In this document: one piece after another, positions 60,639 to 64,000 of the stretch
How positions within the stretch are numbered: the stretch's first letter is position 1
Layout: each line of letters opens with the position of its first letter
Origin: the human T2T-CHM13v2.0 reference genome, Homo sapiens
DNA length: 64,000 nucleotides
NCBI RefSeq assembly: GCF_009914755.1
Contig: NC_060935.1
Strand: one strand, 5' to 3'
Position numbers and translations under genes: made by a program
The notes under the pieces: model-generated
What the model was told of the DNA's origin: nothing
What the model saw: only the letters and a program-made list of their open reading frames with translations
The model's database searches: none

Positions 60639-61479
60639 CATGGTTCATGCTTCTGGGTTTCTTCTAGTATAGGAGACATTGTAAATGTTAAATTCCATAT
60701 TGCCAGCAGTCTGCTAGAACTGCACAGAACAATTTAGTTATTTGAGACAAATATATCTACTTGTAAATAATCATCCATGCAAGGGTTATTAGCATCAAAT
60801 TAAGGAACAACTGAATCTTAACAAAACCCACAAACATAAATTGTATGAGTTAAAAGAGTGTATTAAGAGGACAATGTGGGAGGCATAGGTGAGAGTGAGG
60901 CATAGGTGAGAAACCCACATGCTAGAATAACTTGACTTCTTTCACAGAGATAGTAAGTATAGTCAAATGAAAGGCACATTTGCTTCAAAGGCACACATTT
61001 CTCCAATTAAGTTTGAATTTCAATTCTAGTCCTGCTATTTACTAGTTATACATTAACAAATTTTATAACCTCTATGAGGAGAAAAGCTCCTCATGGTGTC
61101 AGGAGCCAGAGAATTTAGTATGCTGAGCAGAGGTTAACCCTTTTCTGGTTACACCCATGTGGATGATGCAATAAGGGTCAGGAATATTCCTAAGCTGCAG
61201 GAAACCCCTTCTCTGCACCAAGCAGAAACAAGCGTGGGGGAGGGAAATGTGGAGAAATGCTTTAGAATATCTCTTTTAAGTTTCAGGAAGCGAGGTTCTA
61301 TTTTTCCTGGGTTTCTTTGATTTTATGCTTGCTTTCAAATCTTGCAGTGACAGTGATGAGAGCTCATGGATCAACATTAAAGAGTAGGGTCATAAAGACA
61401 AAGAACTAAGAAAAACACTTCTTCTGGTGTAGGCTTTAAGACTCTGAGATCCAGCTCAGCTCACAAAAATCAGAAGTTC

Positions 61480-64000
<2,521 letters not shown>

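Overview
AT-rich primate (hominoid; an L1PA3-type insertion is present) genomic DNA with no intact protein-coding gene. About half of the window is LINE-1: three near-full-length primate L1s (7081-13680 +, 16457-22430 +, ~31671-37825 -), two 5'-truncated primate L1s, an old L1MB host that carries a nested stack of later insertions, and L1MC/ME remnants. There are also six Alu-family elements, two THE1 solo LTRs, MLT2B and MLT1 LTRs, MADE1, hAT MITEs, and MIR/L2/L3 remnants. Essentially all recognisable ORFs in the track are decayed L1 ORF1/ORF2 pieces. The most interesting non-repeat signal is a chain of minus-strand exon-like segments at about 59.3-43.3 kb. They have canonical splice sites, many have lengths divisible by 3 with compatible phases, one encodes a transmembrane-like stretch, and one exon-mini-intron-exon module is duplicated. 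This looks like a decayed unprocessed (possibly unitary) pseudogene of a single-pass membrane protein, or a spliced lncRNA; I could not identify the family. Repeat subfamily calls are from recall of consensus sequences, not from a database search.
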